From Eledone cirrhosa (lineage: Eukaryota): DNA of 64,000 bases. The stretch's first letter is position 1, and each line of letters opens with the position of its first letter. Of the stretch, positions 1-41,466 are shown one piece after another. The notes under the pieces are model-generated. The model saw only the letters and a list, made by a program, of their open reading frames with translations, did no database searches and was not told the origin of the DNA. Where the stretch lies: the NCBI GenBank assembly GCA_964016885.1, contig OZ024754.1, forward strand, positions 25,296,001-25,360,000, read 5' to 3'. Position numbers and translations under genes: made by a program.

Positions 1-310
1 TCATTTTACACAGTATTTCGAAAATTGTTTTTTTACAAAAAAGATTGATTTTTTTTCTTTCGAAATATATACTTTCTCATTTTGAAAATTGATATATATT
101 TTGTATTTTTCAAAAATTTTTCAACGTGACGAAACACAATGTATAAACGCATTCTTTTGAAAAAAAAACATTTTTTCCAAATACTGTGTTTTACACAGTA
201 TGGTCAATTTGTTAAAAACCTAAAAAAATCAATTTTAGAAATCAGAAGTAAATATTTCGAAAAGTATAAACAAATCGATTATTTTAGGTTTTTCACAAAT
301 TGATCATTTT
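1..310 (+). repeat. SatB monomer (~303 bp, A/T-tract rich, internal inverted repeat)
   Basis: TCATTTTA at 1 recurs at 304. The same block starts again at 11849 and 24611. Period 303 is also seen at 6465/6768. Confidence 0.9.
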
Positions 311-620
311 ATTACATATCCAGTGCTTTTATCGAGAATGACACAGCTAGAGACTTATAGAATACTTAGCTGTGTACAGGAACTGGTTTGAAAGAGCGGT
401 TGCCGGTCCGGCAGAAATTAGAAATTGGATTAAATGCTCTGAAATAGCGATATATATGTGAAGATAGACATAGAATATTCGAAAATATTCTGTATGTTTA
501 TAATAAACATTTTGAAGACCTAATCGCTATAGAATAGAATACGTCACGTATTACAATTAGATTCTCGATAAAAGCAAGGGAAGTAACCTACGCGTTTCAT
601 TCTTATTAGAAATCTTCAGG

Positions 621-3682
<3,062 letters not shown>

Positions 3683-4047
3683 ATTACATATCCAGTGCTT
3701 TTATCGAGAATGACACAGCTAGAGACTTATAAAATACTTAGCTGTGTACAGGAACTGGTTTGAAAGAGCGGTTGCCGGTCCGGCAGAAATTAGAAATTGG
3801 ATTAAATGCTCTGAAATAGCGGTATATATGTGAAGATAGACATAGAATATTCGAAAATATTCTGTATGTTTATAATAAACATTTTGAAGACCTAATCGCT
3901 ATAGAATAGAATACGTCACGTATTACAATTAGATTCTCGATAAAAGCAAGGGAAGTAACCTACGCGTTTCATTCTTATTAGAAATCTTCAGGATTACATA
4001 TCCAGTGCTTTTATATATATATACATATATATATACATATACATATA

Positions 4048-4098
<51 letters not shown>

Positions 4099-4195
4099 AT
4101 ATATGTATACATATATATACATATATATATATACATATACATATATATATATACATATACATATATATATATACATATATATATATACATACATA

Positions 4196-4236
<41 letters not shown>

Positions 4237-4243
4237 GTATACA

Positions 4244-4279
<36 letters not shown>

Positions 4280-4911
4280 CAATTATATATATATACATAT
4301 ATATATATACATATATATATATAGAAATTGGATTAAATGCTCTGATATAGCGATATATATGTGAAGATAGACATAGAATATTCGAAAATATTCTGTATGT
4401 TTATAATAAACATTTTGAAGACCTAATCGCTATAGAATAGAATACGTCACGTATTACAATTAGATTCTCGATAAAAGCAAGTGAAGTAACCTACGCGTTT
4501 CATTCTTATTAGAAATCTTCAGGATTACATATCCAGTGCTTTTATCGAGAATGACACAGCTAGAGACCTATAGAATACTTAGCTGTGTACAGGAACTGGT
4601 TTGAAAGAGCGGTTGCCGGTCCGGCAGTAATTAGAAATTGGATTAAATGCTCTGAAATAGCGATATATATGTGAAGATAGACATAGAATATTCGAAAATA
4701 TTCTGTATGTTTATAATAAACATTTTGAAGACCTAATCGCTATAGAATAGAATACGTCACGTATTACAATCAGATTCTCGATAAAAGCAAGGGAAGTAAT
4801 CTACGCGTTTCATTCTTATTAGAAATCTTCAGTGCTTTTATCGAGAATGACACAGCTAGAGACTTATAGAATACTTATAGAATACTTATTTGTATATATA
4901 TATATATACAA

Positions 4912-4960
<49 letters not shown>

Positions 4961-5104
4961 GAAATTGGATTAAATGCTCTGAAATAGCGATATATATGTG
5001 AACATAGACATAGAATATTCGAAAATATTCTGTATGTTTATAATAAACATTTTGAAGACCTAATCGCTATAGAAGACCTATACGTCACGTATTACAATTA
5101 GATT

Positions 5105-5130
5105 TACATATATATATGTGTGACTGTATG

Positions 5131-5197
<67 letters not shown>

Positions 5198-6042
5198 TTA
5201 AATATATATACATGCTACTGTACGTCTGTATGCATATATGTATGTACGTATACATACATACTTACATTTAAGTAAGTGCCGTACTAAGAATCAGAAATTT
5301 CATTTCATTTCATTCTATTCCATTTTAGCGTTTTCGGTGCGCCTGGCCGACTGAACTCACTCAATATGCAAATTAGGCTGCTCAGCCGTTAATTTTCATA
5401 AGGAAAGTATATACTTTCGAACGTTCAACGCTGACGATAGCTAACAAACTTGAAACTAGTACATCGTAACTCTGTAAGTGTTGAACAAAAAGGTGACGTG
5501 GTTGCCTTAACACCGTACGGCATAAATCAGGCTGTCCGTTTGTTTACAAACAGACAAAGCGAGCATTATAATAAATGTTCGTTAAACTGATATGTACATA
5601 TATATATGTGTGCCTTTATGTATATATATATATATACATGCTACTGTACGTCTGTATGCATATATGTATGTACGTATACATATATACTTACATTTAAGTA
5701 AGTGCCGTACTAAGAGTGAGAAATTAAATTTCATTTCATTCTATTCCATTTTATCGTTTTCGGTGCGCCTGGCCGACTGAACTCACTCGATATGCAAATC
5801 AGGCTGCTCAGCCGTTAATTTTCATAAGGAAAGTATATAGTTTCGAACGTTCAACCATCTGGCAGAAGGGTATACGGTGCTGACGATAGCTAACAAGCTT
5901 GAAACTAGTACATCGATCCTGTGTCAGTGTTGAACAAAAAGTTGGCGTGGTTGCCTTAACACCGTTTGTTTACAAACGGACAAAGCGAGCATTATAATAG
6001 AAGTTCACTAAACTGATACGTACATATAAATATGTGTCCCTG

Positions 6043-6079
<37 letters not shown>

Positions 6080-6090
6080 ATATATATACA
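5105..6090 (+). repeat. SatC, ~2.2 monomers with internal TA tract
   Basis: CATGCTACTGTACGTC at 5211 and 5637. Same block at ~10369, 19106, 23127, 28183 and 31311. Confidence 0.9.
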
Positions 6091-6265
6091 TGTGTGTGTG
6101 CGTGTGTGTGTGTGTGTGTGTAGTAGTAGTAGTAAGGTTTTCGATATTGTGATAATGGTTAGCAGCGATGTGTGTCAAATGGCTATTAAGATAAGTGTGT
6201 GTGTGTATGTGTGTGTGTGTGTGAGTGTGTGTGTAGCAGAGTAATTTGTGATGGTCAGTAAGAAT
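6091..6265 (+). repeat. Linker D: (GT)n-(AGT)4-core-(GT)n, about 15 copies in the window
   Basis: Core AAGGTTTTCGAT...GTGTCAAATGGCTATTAAGATAAG at ~6091, 11454, 20096, 24218, 29190, 32318, 33521, 40221, 41424, 48124, 49327, 51139, 57839, 59042 and 60854. Confidence 0.9.
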
Positions 6266-6774
6266 GTTTCTGATTTCGAAAATTGATATATATTTTATAT
6301 TCTTAAAAAATTTTTCAGAAACACAATGTATAAAAGCATTTTTTCTAAATTCTGTGTAAAATGATCTATTTGTTAAAAACATAAAAAAATCAATTTTACA
6401 AATCAGAAGTAAATATTTCTAAAAGTATAAACAAATTGATTATTATAGGTTTTTCACAAATTGATCATTTTACACAGTATTTAGAAAATTGTTTTTTTAC
6501 AAAAAAGATTGATTTTTTTTCTTTGGAAATATATACTTTCTGATTTTGAAAATTGATATATATTTTGTATTTTTCAAAAATGTTTCAACGTGACGAAACA
6601 CAATGTATAAACGCATTCTTTTGAAAAAAAAACATTTTTTCCAAATACTGTGTTTTACACAGCATGGTCAATTTGTTAAAAACCTAAAAAAATCAATTTT
6701 AGAAATCAGAAGTAAATATTTCGAAAAGTATAAACAAATCGATTATTTTAGGTTTCTCACAAATTGATCATTTT
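6266..6774 (+). repeat. SatB, ~1.7 monomers
   Basis: Matches 1-310. Same short block at ~11641, 20271, 24404, 29365, 32493, 40396, 48299 and 58014. Confidence 0.88.
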
Positions 6775-33500
<26,726 letters not shown>

Positions 33501-33524
33501 TATATATATATATATATACATGTG

Positions 33525-33563
<39 letters not shown>

Positions 33564-33705
33564 TAGTAGTAGTAAGGTTTTCGATGTTGTGATAATGGTT
33601 AGCAGCGATGTGTGTCAAATGGCTATTAAGATAAGTGTGTGTGTGTATGTGTGTATGTGTGTGAGTGTGTGTGTAGCAGAGTAATTTGTGATGGTCAGTA
33701 AGAAT

Positions 33706-35988
33706 GTTTCTGATTTCGAAAATTGATATATATTTTATATTCTTAAAAAATTTTTCAACGTGTAGAAACACAATGTATAAAAGCATTTTTTCTAAATTCT
33801 GTGTAAAATGATCTATTTGTTAAAAACCTAAAAAAATCAATTTTACAAATCAGAAGTAAATATTTCTAAAAGTATAAACAAATTGATTATTATAGATTTT
33901 TCACAAGTTGATCATTTTACACAGTATTTCGAAAAATTGTTTTTTTTCAAAAAAGATTGATTTTTTTTTCTTTCGGAATATAAAATTTCTGATTTCGAAA
34001 ATTGATATATATTTTGTATCTTTTAAAAATTTTTGAATCTGCCGTAACAATGTATAAACGCATTTTTTTGAAAACTAACAATTTTTCGAAATACTGTGTA
34101 AAATGATCAGCTTGTGAAAAACCTAAAATAATTAATTTGTTTATACTTTTCGAAATATTTACTTCTGATTTCTAAAATTAATTTTTTTAGGTTTTTAACA
34201 AATTGACCATTTTACACAGTATTTATAAAAAATGTCTGTTCTCAAAAGAATGAGTTTATACATTGTGTTACGACACGTTGAAAAATTTTTGAAAAATACA
34301 AAATATATATCAATTTTTGAAATCATAAAGTATATATTTCGAAAGAAACAAAATCAATCTTTTTTGAAAAAAAACATTTTTTCCAAATACTGTGTAAAAT
34401 GATTAATTTGTGAAAAACCTAAAAAAAATCAATTTTAGAAATCAGAAGTAAATATTTCTAAAAGTATAAACAAATTGATTATTATAGGTTTTTCACAAAT
34501 TGATCATTTTACACAGTATTTTGAAAATTGTTCTTTTACAAAAAAGATTGATTTTTTTTTCTTTCGAAATATATACTTTCTGATTTTAAAAATTGATATA
34601 TATTTTGTATTTTTCAAAAATTTTTCAACGTGACGAAACACAATGTATAAACGCATTCTTTTGATAAAAAAACATTTTTTCCAAATACTGTGTTTTACAC
34701 AGTATGGTCAATTTGTTAAAAACCTAAAAAAATCAATTTTAGAAATCAGAAGTAAATATTTCGAAAAGTATAAACAAATCGATTATTTTAGGTTTTTCAC
34801 AAATTGATCATTTTATTCTAAAAACTGTTTTCTTTCAAAAAAGGTTGATTTTTTTTCTTTTGAAATATATACTTTCTGATTTCCAAAATTGTATTCTAAA
34901 AAAATCTTTCAACGTGTATAAAAGCATTTTTACCAAATACTGAGTAAAATTATCAATTTGCTAAAAACCTAAAAAAATCAATTTTAGAAATCAGAAGTAT
35001 CAATTTTCAAAATCAGAAAGTATATATTTCGAAAGAAAAAAATCAATTATTTTTTGAAAAAAAACAATTTTTCGAATATAATGATTAATCTGTGAAAAAC
35101 ATAAAATAATCAATTTGTTTATACTTTCGAAAAGTATAAACAAATTGATTATTTTATGTTTTTCACAGATTTAATATTCGAAAAATTGTTTTTTTTCAAA
35201 AATGATTGATTTTTTTCTTTAGAAAATTGAAATATATTTTGGATTCTTAAAAAATTTTTCAACGTGTAGAAACATAATGTATAATAGAAAAAAAAACATT
35301 TTTTCCAAATACTGTGTAAAATGGTCAATTTGTGAAAAACCTAAAAAAATCAATTTGACTATTTCAGGTTTTTCACAAGTTGATCATTTTACACAGTATT
35401 TCGAAAAATTGTTTTTTTTTCAAAAAAGATTGATTTTTTTTTCTTTCTAAATATATACTTTCTGATTTCGAAAATTGATATATATTTTGTATTTTTCAAA
35501 AATTTTTCTACGTGTCGAAACAATGTATAAACGCATTCTTTTGAAAAAAAACATTTGTTCCAAATACTATATGAAATGGTCAATTTGTGAAAAACCTAAA
35601 AAAATCAATTTTAGAAATCAGAAGTAAATATTTCGAAAAGTATAAACAAATTGATTATTTTAGGTTTTTCGTTTTAATTTTAGAAAAACCTAAAAAAAAT
35701 CAATCTTTTTTAAAAAGAAACAATTTTTCAAATTAATGATCAATTTGTGAAAAACCTAAAATAATTAATTTTTCTAATTTCTAAAATTGATTTTTTTAGG
35801 TTTTTAACAAATTAATCACTGTATAAACAAATTAATTATTTTAGGTTTTTAACAAGTTGATCATTTCCAAAAATTGTTATTTTCAAAAAAATGCGTTGTG
35901 TTTCCACACATTGAAAAATTTTTGAAAAATGCAAAATATATATCAATTTTCGAAATCAGAAAGTATATATTCCGAAAGAAAAAAAATC
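33706..35988. repeat. Degenerate SatB array with monomers in both orientations
   Basis: 34070-34400, ~35000-35127 and ~35890-35988 are reverse complements of the 1-310 monomer. Confidence 0.88.
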
Positions 35989-36468
35989 ACGTTTGTTTAC
36001 GAAAGGACAAACCGAGCATTATAATAAATTTTCGCTAATCTGATACATACATATATATATGTGTGCCTTTATGTATATATATATATACATGCTAATATTT
36101 AAGTAAGTGCCAGTGAAAAATTTCATTTCATTTCATGTTATTCTATTTTATCGTTTTCAGTGCTGAAACTCACTAGATATGCAAATCAGGCTGCTCAGCC
36201 GTTAATTACCATAAGGAAAGTTCGAACCTTCGAAAGTTCAACCATCTGGCAGAAGGGTATACGGTGTTGACGATAGCTAACAAGCTTGAAACTAGTACAT
36301 CGTTCCTGTGTCAGTATTGAACAAAAAGGTGACGTGGTTGCCTTAACACCGTACGGCATAAACCGAGCTGTCCGTTTGTTTACAAACTGACAAAGCGAGC
36401 ATTATAATAAATGTTCGATAAACTGATACGTGATATATATATGTGTGCCTGTATATGTATATGTGTGC

Positions 36469-36549
<81 letters not shown>

Positions 36550-36955
36550 CTACTGCACGTCTATATGCATATATGTATGTAAGTATACATACACACTTAC
36601 ATTTAAGTAAGTGACGTGCTAAGAGTGAGAAATTTCATTTCATTTCATTCTATTCCATTTTATCGTTTTCGGTACGCCTGGCCGTTTGAACTCACTCGAT
36701 ATGCAAATTAGGCTGCTCAGCCGTTAATTTTCATAAGGAAAGTATATACTTTCAAACGTTCAACCATCTGGCAGAAGGTTATACGGTGCTGACGATAGCT
36801 AACAAGCTTGAAACTAGTACATCGTTCCTGTGTCAACGTTGAAAAAAAAGGTGTCGTGGTTGCCTTAACACCGTACGTTTATTTACAAACGGACAAAGCG
36901 AGCATTATAATAAATGTTTGCTAAACTGATATGTACATATATATATGTGTGCATT

Positions 36956-37004
<49 letters not shown>

Positions 37005-37865
37005 TACTGTACGTCTGTATGCATATATGTATGTACGTATACATACATACTTACATTTAAGTAAGTGAGTGAGAAATGAAATCTCATTTCATTCTATTCC
37101 ATTTTATCGTTTCCGAGGCGCCTGGCCGACTGAACTCACTCGATATGCAAACTAGGCTGCTCAGCCGTTAATTTTCATAAAGTATATACTTTTGAACGTT
37201 CAACCATCTGGCAGATGGGTATACGGTGCTGAGGATAGCTAACAAACTTGCAACTAGTACACCATTCCTGTGTCAGTGTTGAACAAAAAGTTGACGTGGT
37301 TGCCTTAACACCGTACGGCATAAATCAGGCTGTCCGTTTGTTTACAAAAGGACAAAGCGAGCATTATAATAAATTTTCGCTACATACATATATATATGTG
37401 TGCCTTTATGTATATATATATATACATGCTACTGTACGTCTGTATGCATATATGTATGTACGTATACATACATAATTACATTTAAGTAAGTGCCAGACTA
37501 AGAGTGAAAAATTTCATTTCATTTCATTGTATTCTATTTTTTTGTTTTCAGTGCGCCTGACCGACTGAACTCACTCGATATGCAAATTAGGCTGCTCAGC
37601 CGTTAATTATCATAAGTTCGAACCTTCGAACGTTCAACCATCTGGCAGAAGGGTATACGGTGCTGACGATAGTTAACAAGCTTGAAACTAGTACATCGTT
37701 CCTGTGTCAGTATTGAACAAAAAGGTGACGTGGTTGCCTTAACACCGTACGGCATAAACCAGGCTGTCCGTTTGTTTACAAACTGACAAAGCGAGCATTA
37801 TAATAAATGTTCGTTAAACTGATACATAATATATATATGTGTGCCTGTATATATATATGTGTGCC

Positions 37866-37945
<80 letters not shown>

Positions 37946-38506
37946 CTACTGCACGTCTATATGCATATATGTATGTACGTATACATACATACTTACATTT
38001 AAGTAAGTGCCGTACAAAGAGTGAGAAATGAAATTTCATTTTATTCTATTACATTTTATCGTTTTCCATGCGCCTGGGCGCCTGAACTCACTCGATATGC
38101 AAATTAGGCTGCTCAGCCGTTAATTTTCATGAGGAAAGTATATACTTTCGAACGTTCAACTATCTGGCAGAAGGGTATACGGTGCTGACGATAGCTAACA
38201 AGCTTGAAACTAGTACATCGTTCCTGTGTCAGTGTTGAACAAAAAGGTGACGTGGTTACCTTAACACCGTACGGCATAAATCAAGCTGTCCGTTTGTTTA
38301 CAAACGGACACAGCGAGCATTATAATAAATGTTCGCTAAACTGATACTTACATATATATATATATGTGTCCCTGTATGTATATATACGTCTGTATGCATA
38401 TATGTATGTACGTATACATACAAACTTACATTTAAGTAAGTGCCGTACAAAGAGTGAGAAATGAAACTTCATTTCATTCTACTCCATTTTATCGTTTTTG
38501 GTGCGC

Positions 38507-38546
<40 letters not shown>

Positions 38547-38834
38547 GCACACATATATATTACGTATCAGTTTAACGCTTTGTCCTTTTGTAAACAAACG
38601 TACAGCCTGCTTTATGCCGTACGGTGTTAAGGCAACCACGTCAACTGACGATAGCTAACAAGCTTGAAACTAGTACATCGTTCCTGTGTCAGTGTTGAAC
38701 AAAAAGGTGACGTGGTTACCTTAACACCGTACGGCATAAATCAAGCTGTCCGTCTGTTTACAAATGGACAAAGCGAGCATTATAATAAATGTTCGCTAAA
38801 CTGATACTTACATATATATATATATGTGTCCCTG

Positions 38835-38885
<51 letters not shown>

Positions 38886-40170
38886 GCTACTGTACGTCTG
38901 TATGCATATATGCATGTACGTATACATACATACTTACATTTAAGTAAGTGCCGTACAAAGAGTGAGAAATGAAATTTCATTTCATTCTATTCCATTTTAT
39001 CGTTTTCGAGGCGCCTGGCCGACTGAACTCACTCGATATGCAAATTAGGCTGCTCAGCCGTTAATTTTCATAAGGAAAGTATATACTTTCGAACGTTCAA
39101 CCATCTGGCAGAAGGATATACGGTGCTGACGATAGCTAACAAGCTTGAAACTAGTACACCGTTGCTGTGTCAGTGTGACCAAAAAGTTGACGTGGTTGCA
39201 TTAACACCGTACGGCATAAATCAGGCTGTCCGTTTGTTTACAAAAGGACAAAGCGAGCATTATAATAAATGTTCGCTAATCTGATACGTACATATATATA
39301 TGTGTGCCTTTATGTATATATATATATATATATATACATTCTACTGTACGTCTGTATGCATATATGTATGTACGTATACATACATACTTACATTTAAGTA
39401 AGTGCCGTACTAAGAATCAGAAATTTCATTTCATTTCATTCTATTCCATTTTAGCGTTTTCGGTGCGCCTGGCCGACTGAACTCACTCAATATGCAAATC
39501 AGGCTGCTCAGCCGTTAATTTTCATAAGGAAAGTATATACTTTCGAACGTTCAACGCTGACGATAGCTAACAAACTTGAAACTAGTACATCGTAACTCTG
39601 TAAGTGTTGAACAAAAAGGTGACGTGGTTGCCTTAACACCGTACGGCATAAATCAGGCTGTCCGTTTGTTTACAAACAGACAAAGCGAGCATTATAATAA
39701 ATGTTCGTTAAACTGATATGTACATATATATATGTGTGCCTTTATGTATATATATATATATATACATGCTACTGTACGTCTGTATGCATATATGTATGTA
39801 CGTATACATATATACTTACATTTAAGTAAGTGCCGTACTAAGAGTGAGAAATTAAATTTCATTTCATTCTATTCCATTTTATCGTTTTCGGTGCGCCTGG
39901 CCGACTGAACTCACTCGATATGCAAATCAGGCTGCTCAGCCGTTAATTTTCATAAGGAAAGTATATAGTTTCGAACGTTCAACCATCTGGCAGAAGGGTA
40001 TACGGTGCTGACGATAGCTAACAAGCTTGAAACTAGTACATCGATCCTGTGTCAGTGTTGAACAAAAAGTTGGCGTGGTTGCCTTAACACCGTTTGTTTA
40101 CAAACGGACAAAGCGAGCATTATAATAGAAGTTCACTAAACTGATACGTACATATAAATATGTGTCCCTG

Positions 40171-40209
<39 letters not shown>

Positions 40210-40220
40210 ATATATATACA
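35989..40220 (+). repeat. SatC array, ~9 diverged monomers of ~430-520 bp
   Basis: ACCATCTGGCAG-equivalent anchors at 36241, 36763, 37203, 37637, 38159, 39100, 39554 and 39982. One monomer (~38505-38645) is interrupted by an inverted patch. Confidence 0.92.
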
Positions 40221-41403
40221 TGTGTGTGTGCGTGTGTGTGTGTGTGTGTGTAGTAGTAGTAGTAAGGTTTTCGATATTGTGATAATGGTTAGCAGCGATG
40301 TGTGTCAAATGGCTATTAAGATAAGTGTGTGTGTGTATGTGTGTGTGTGTGTGAGTGTGTGTGTAGCAGAGTAATTTGTGATGGTCAGTAAGAATGTTTC
40401 TGATTTCGAAAATTGATATATATTTTATATTCTTAAAAAATTTTTCAGAAACACAATGTATAAAAGCATTTTTTCTAAATTCTGTGTAAAATGATCTATT
40501 TGTTAAAAACATAAAAAAATCAATTTTACAAATCAGAAGTAAATATTTCTAAAAGTATAAACAAATTGATTATTATAGGTTTTTCACAAATTGATCATTT
40601 TACACAGTATTTAGAAAATTGTTTTTTTACAAAAAAGATTGATTTTTTTTCTTTGGAAATATATACTTTCTGATTTTGAAAATTGATATATATTTTGTAT
40701 TTTTCAAAAATGTTTCAACGTGACGAAACACAATGTATAAACGCATTCTTTTGAAAAAAAAACATTTTTTCCAAATACTGTGTTTTACACAGCATGGTCA
40801 ATTTGTTAAAAACCTAAAAAAATCAATTTTAGAAATCAGAAGTAAATATTTCGAAAAGTATAAACAAATCGATTATTTTAGGTTTCTCACAAATTGATCA
40901 TTTTATTACATATCCAGTGTTACATATTCAGTGCTTTTATCGAGAATGACACAGCTAGAGACTTATAGAATACTTAGCTGTGTACAGGAACTGGTTTGAA
41001 AGAGCGGTTGCCGGTCCGGCAGAAATTAGAAATTGGATTAAATGCTCTGAAATAGCGATATATATGTGAAGATAGACATAGAATATTCGAAAATATTCTG
41101 TATGTTTATAATAAACATTTTGAAGACCTAATCGCTATAGAATAGAATACGTCACGTATTACAATTAGATTCTCGATAAAAGCAAGGGAAGTAACCTACG
41201 CGTTTCATTCTTATTAGAAATCTTCAGGATTACATATCCAGTGCTTTTATCGAGAATGACACAGCTAGAGACTTATAGAATACTTAGCTGTGTACAGGAA
41301 CTGGTTTGAAAGAGCGGTTGCCGGTCCGGCAGAAATTAGAAATTGGAATAAATGCTCTAAAATAGCGATATATATGTGAAGATAGACATAGAATATTCGA
41401 AAA

Positions 41404-41427
41404 TATATATATATATATATACATGTG

Positions 41428-41466
<39 letters not shown>

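Larger units (their letters stand above)
33501..41403 (+). repeat. Higher-order repeat unit 1 (7903 bp): D - SatB array - SatC array - D - SatB - SatA
   Basis: ORFs 33454/41357, 35389/43292 and 36411/44314 are all offset by exactly 7903. Confidence 0.95.

Noticed and set aside
281-290. TTTTAGG/CCTAAAA telomere-like motif in SatB
   Set aside because: Isolated copies within the IR arms, never tandem.
401-425. Canonical Helitron 3' end at the TGCCGGTCCGGCA hairpin
   Set aside because: No CTRR at the expected distance on either strand and no defined termini or Rep/helicase sequence. Kept only as a general element-origin hypothesis.
470-495. CENP-B box at TTCG motifs
   Set aside because: The required TTCG....A..CGGG pattern is not completed in the monomers I checked.
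5296-5326. CATTT/CATTC pentamers resembling human satellite II/III
   Set aside because: Only 4-5 degenerate units inside SatC, too short to imply homology.
5330-5530. tRNA/SINE or snRNA-like gene in the GC-richer part of SatC
   Set aside because: No convincing A/B boxes, cloverleaf or Sm site by eye. An Rfam/tRNAscan search would settle it.
6008-6382. 124-138 aa ORF MFLTNRSF...HTHTH and 110 aa ORF MLLYIVFL...
   Set aside because: They read through SatB, (CA)n and (TA)n. The C-terminal frame changes with microsatellite length between copies, and no domain is recognisable.
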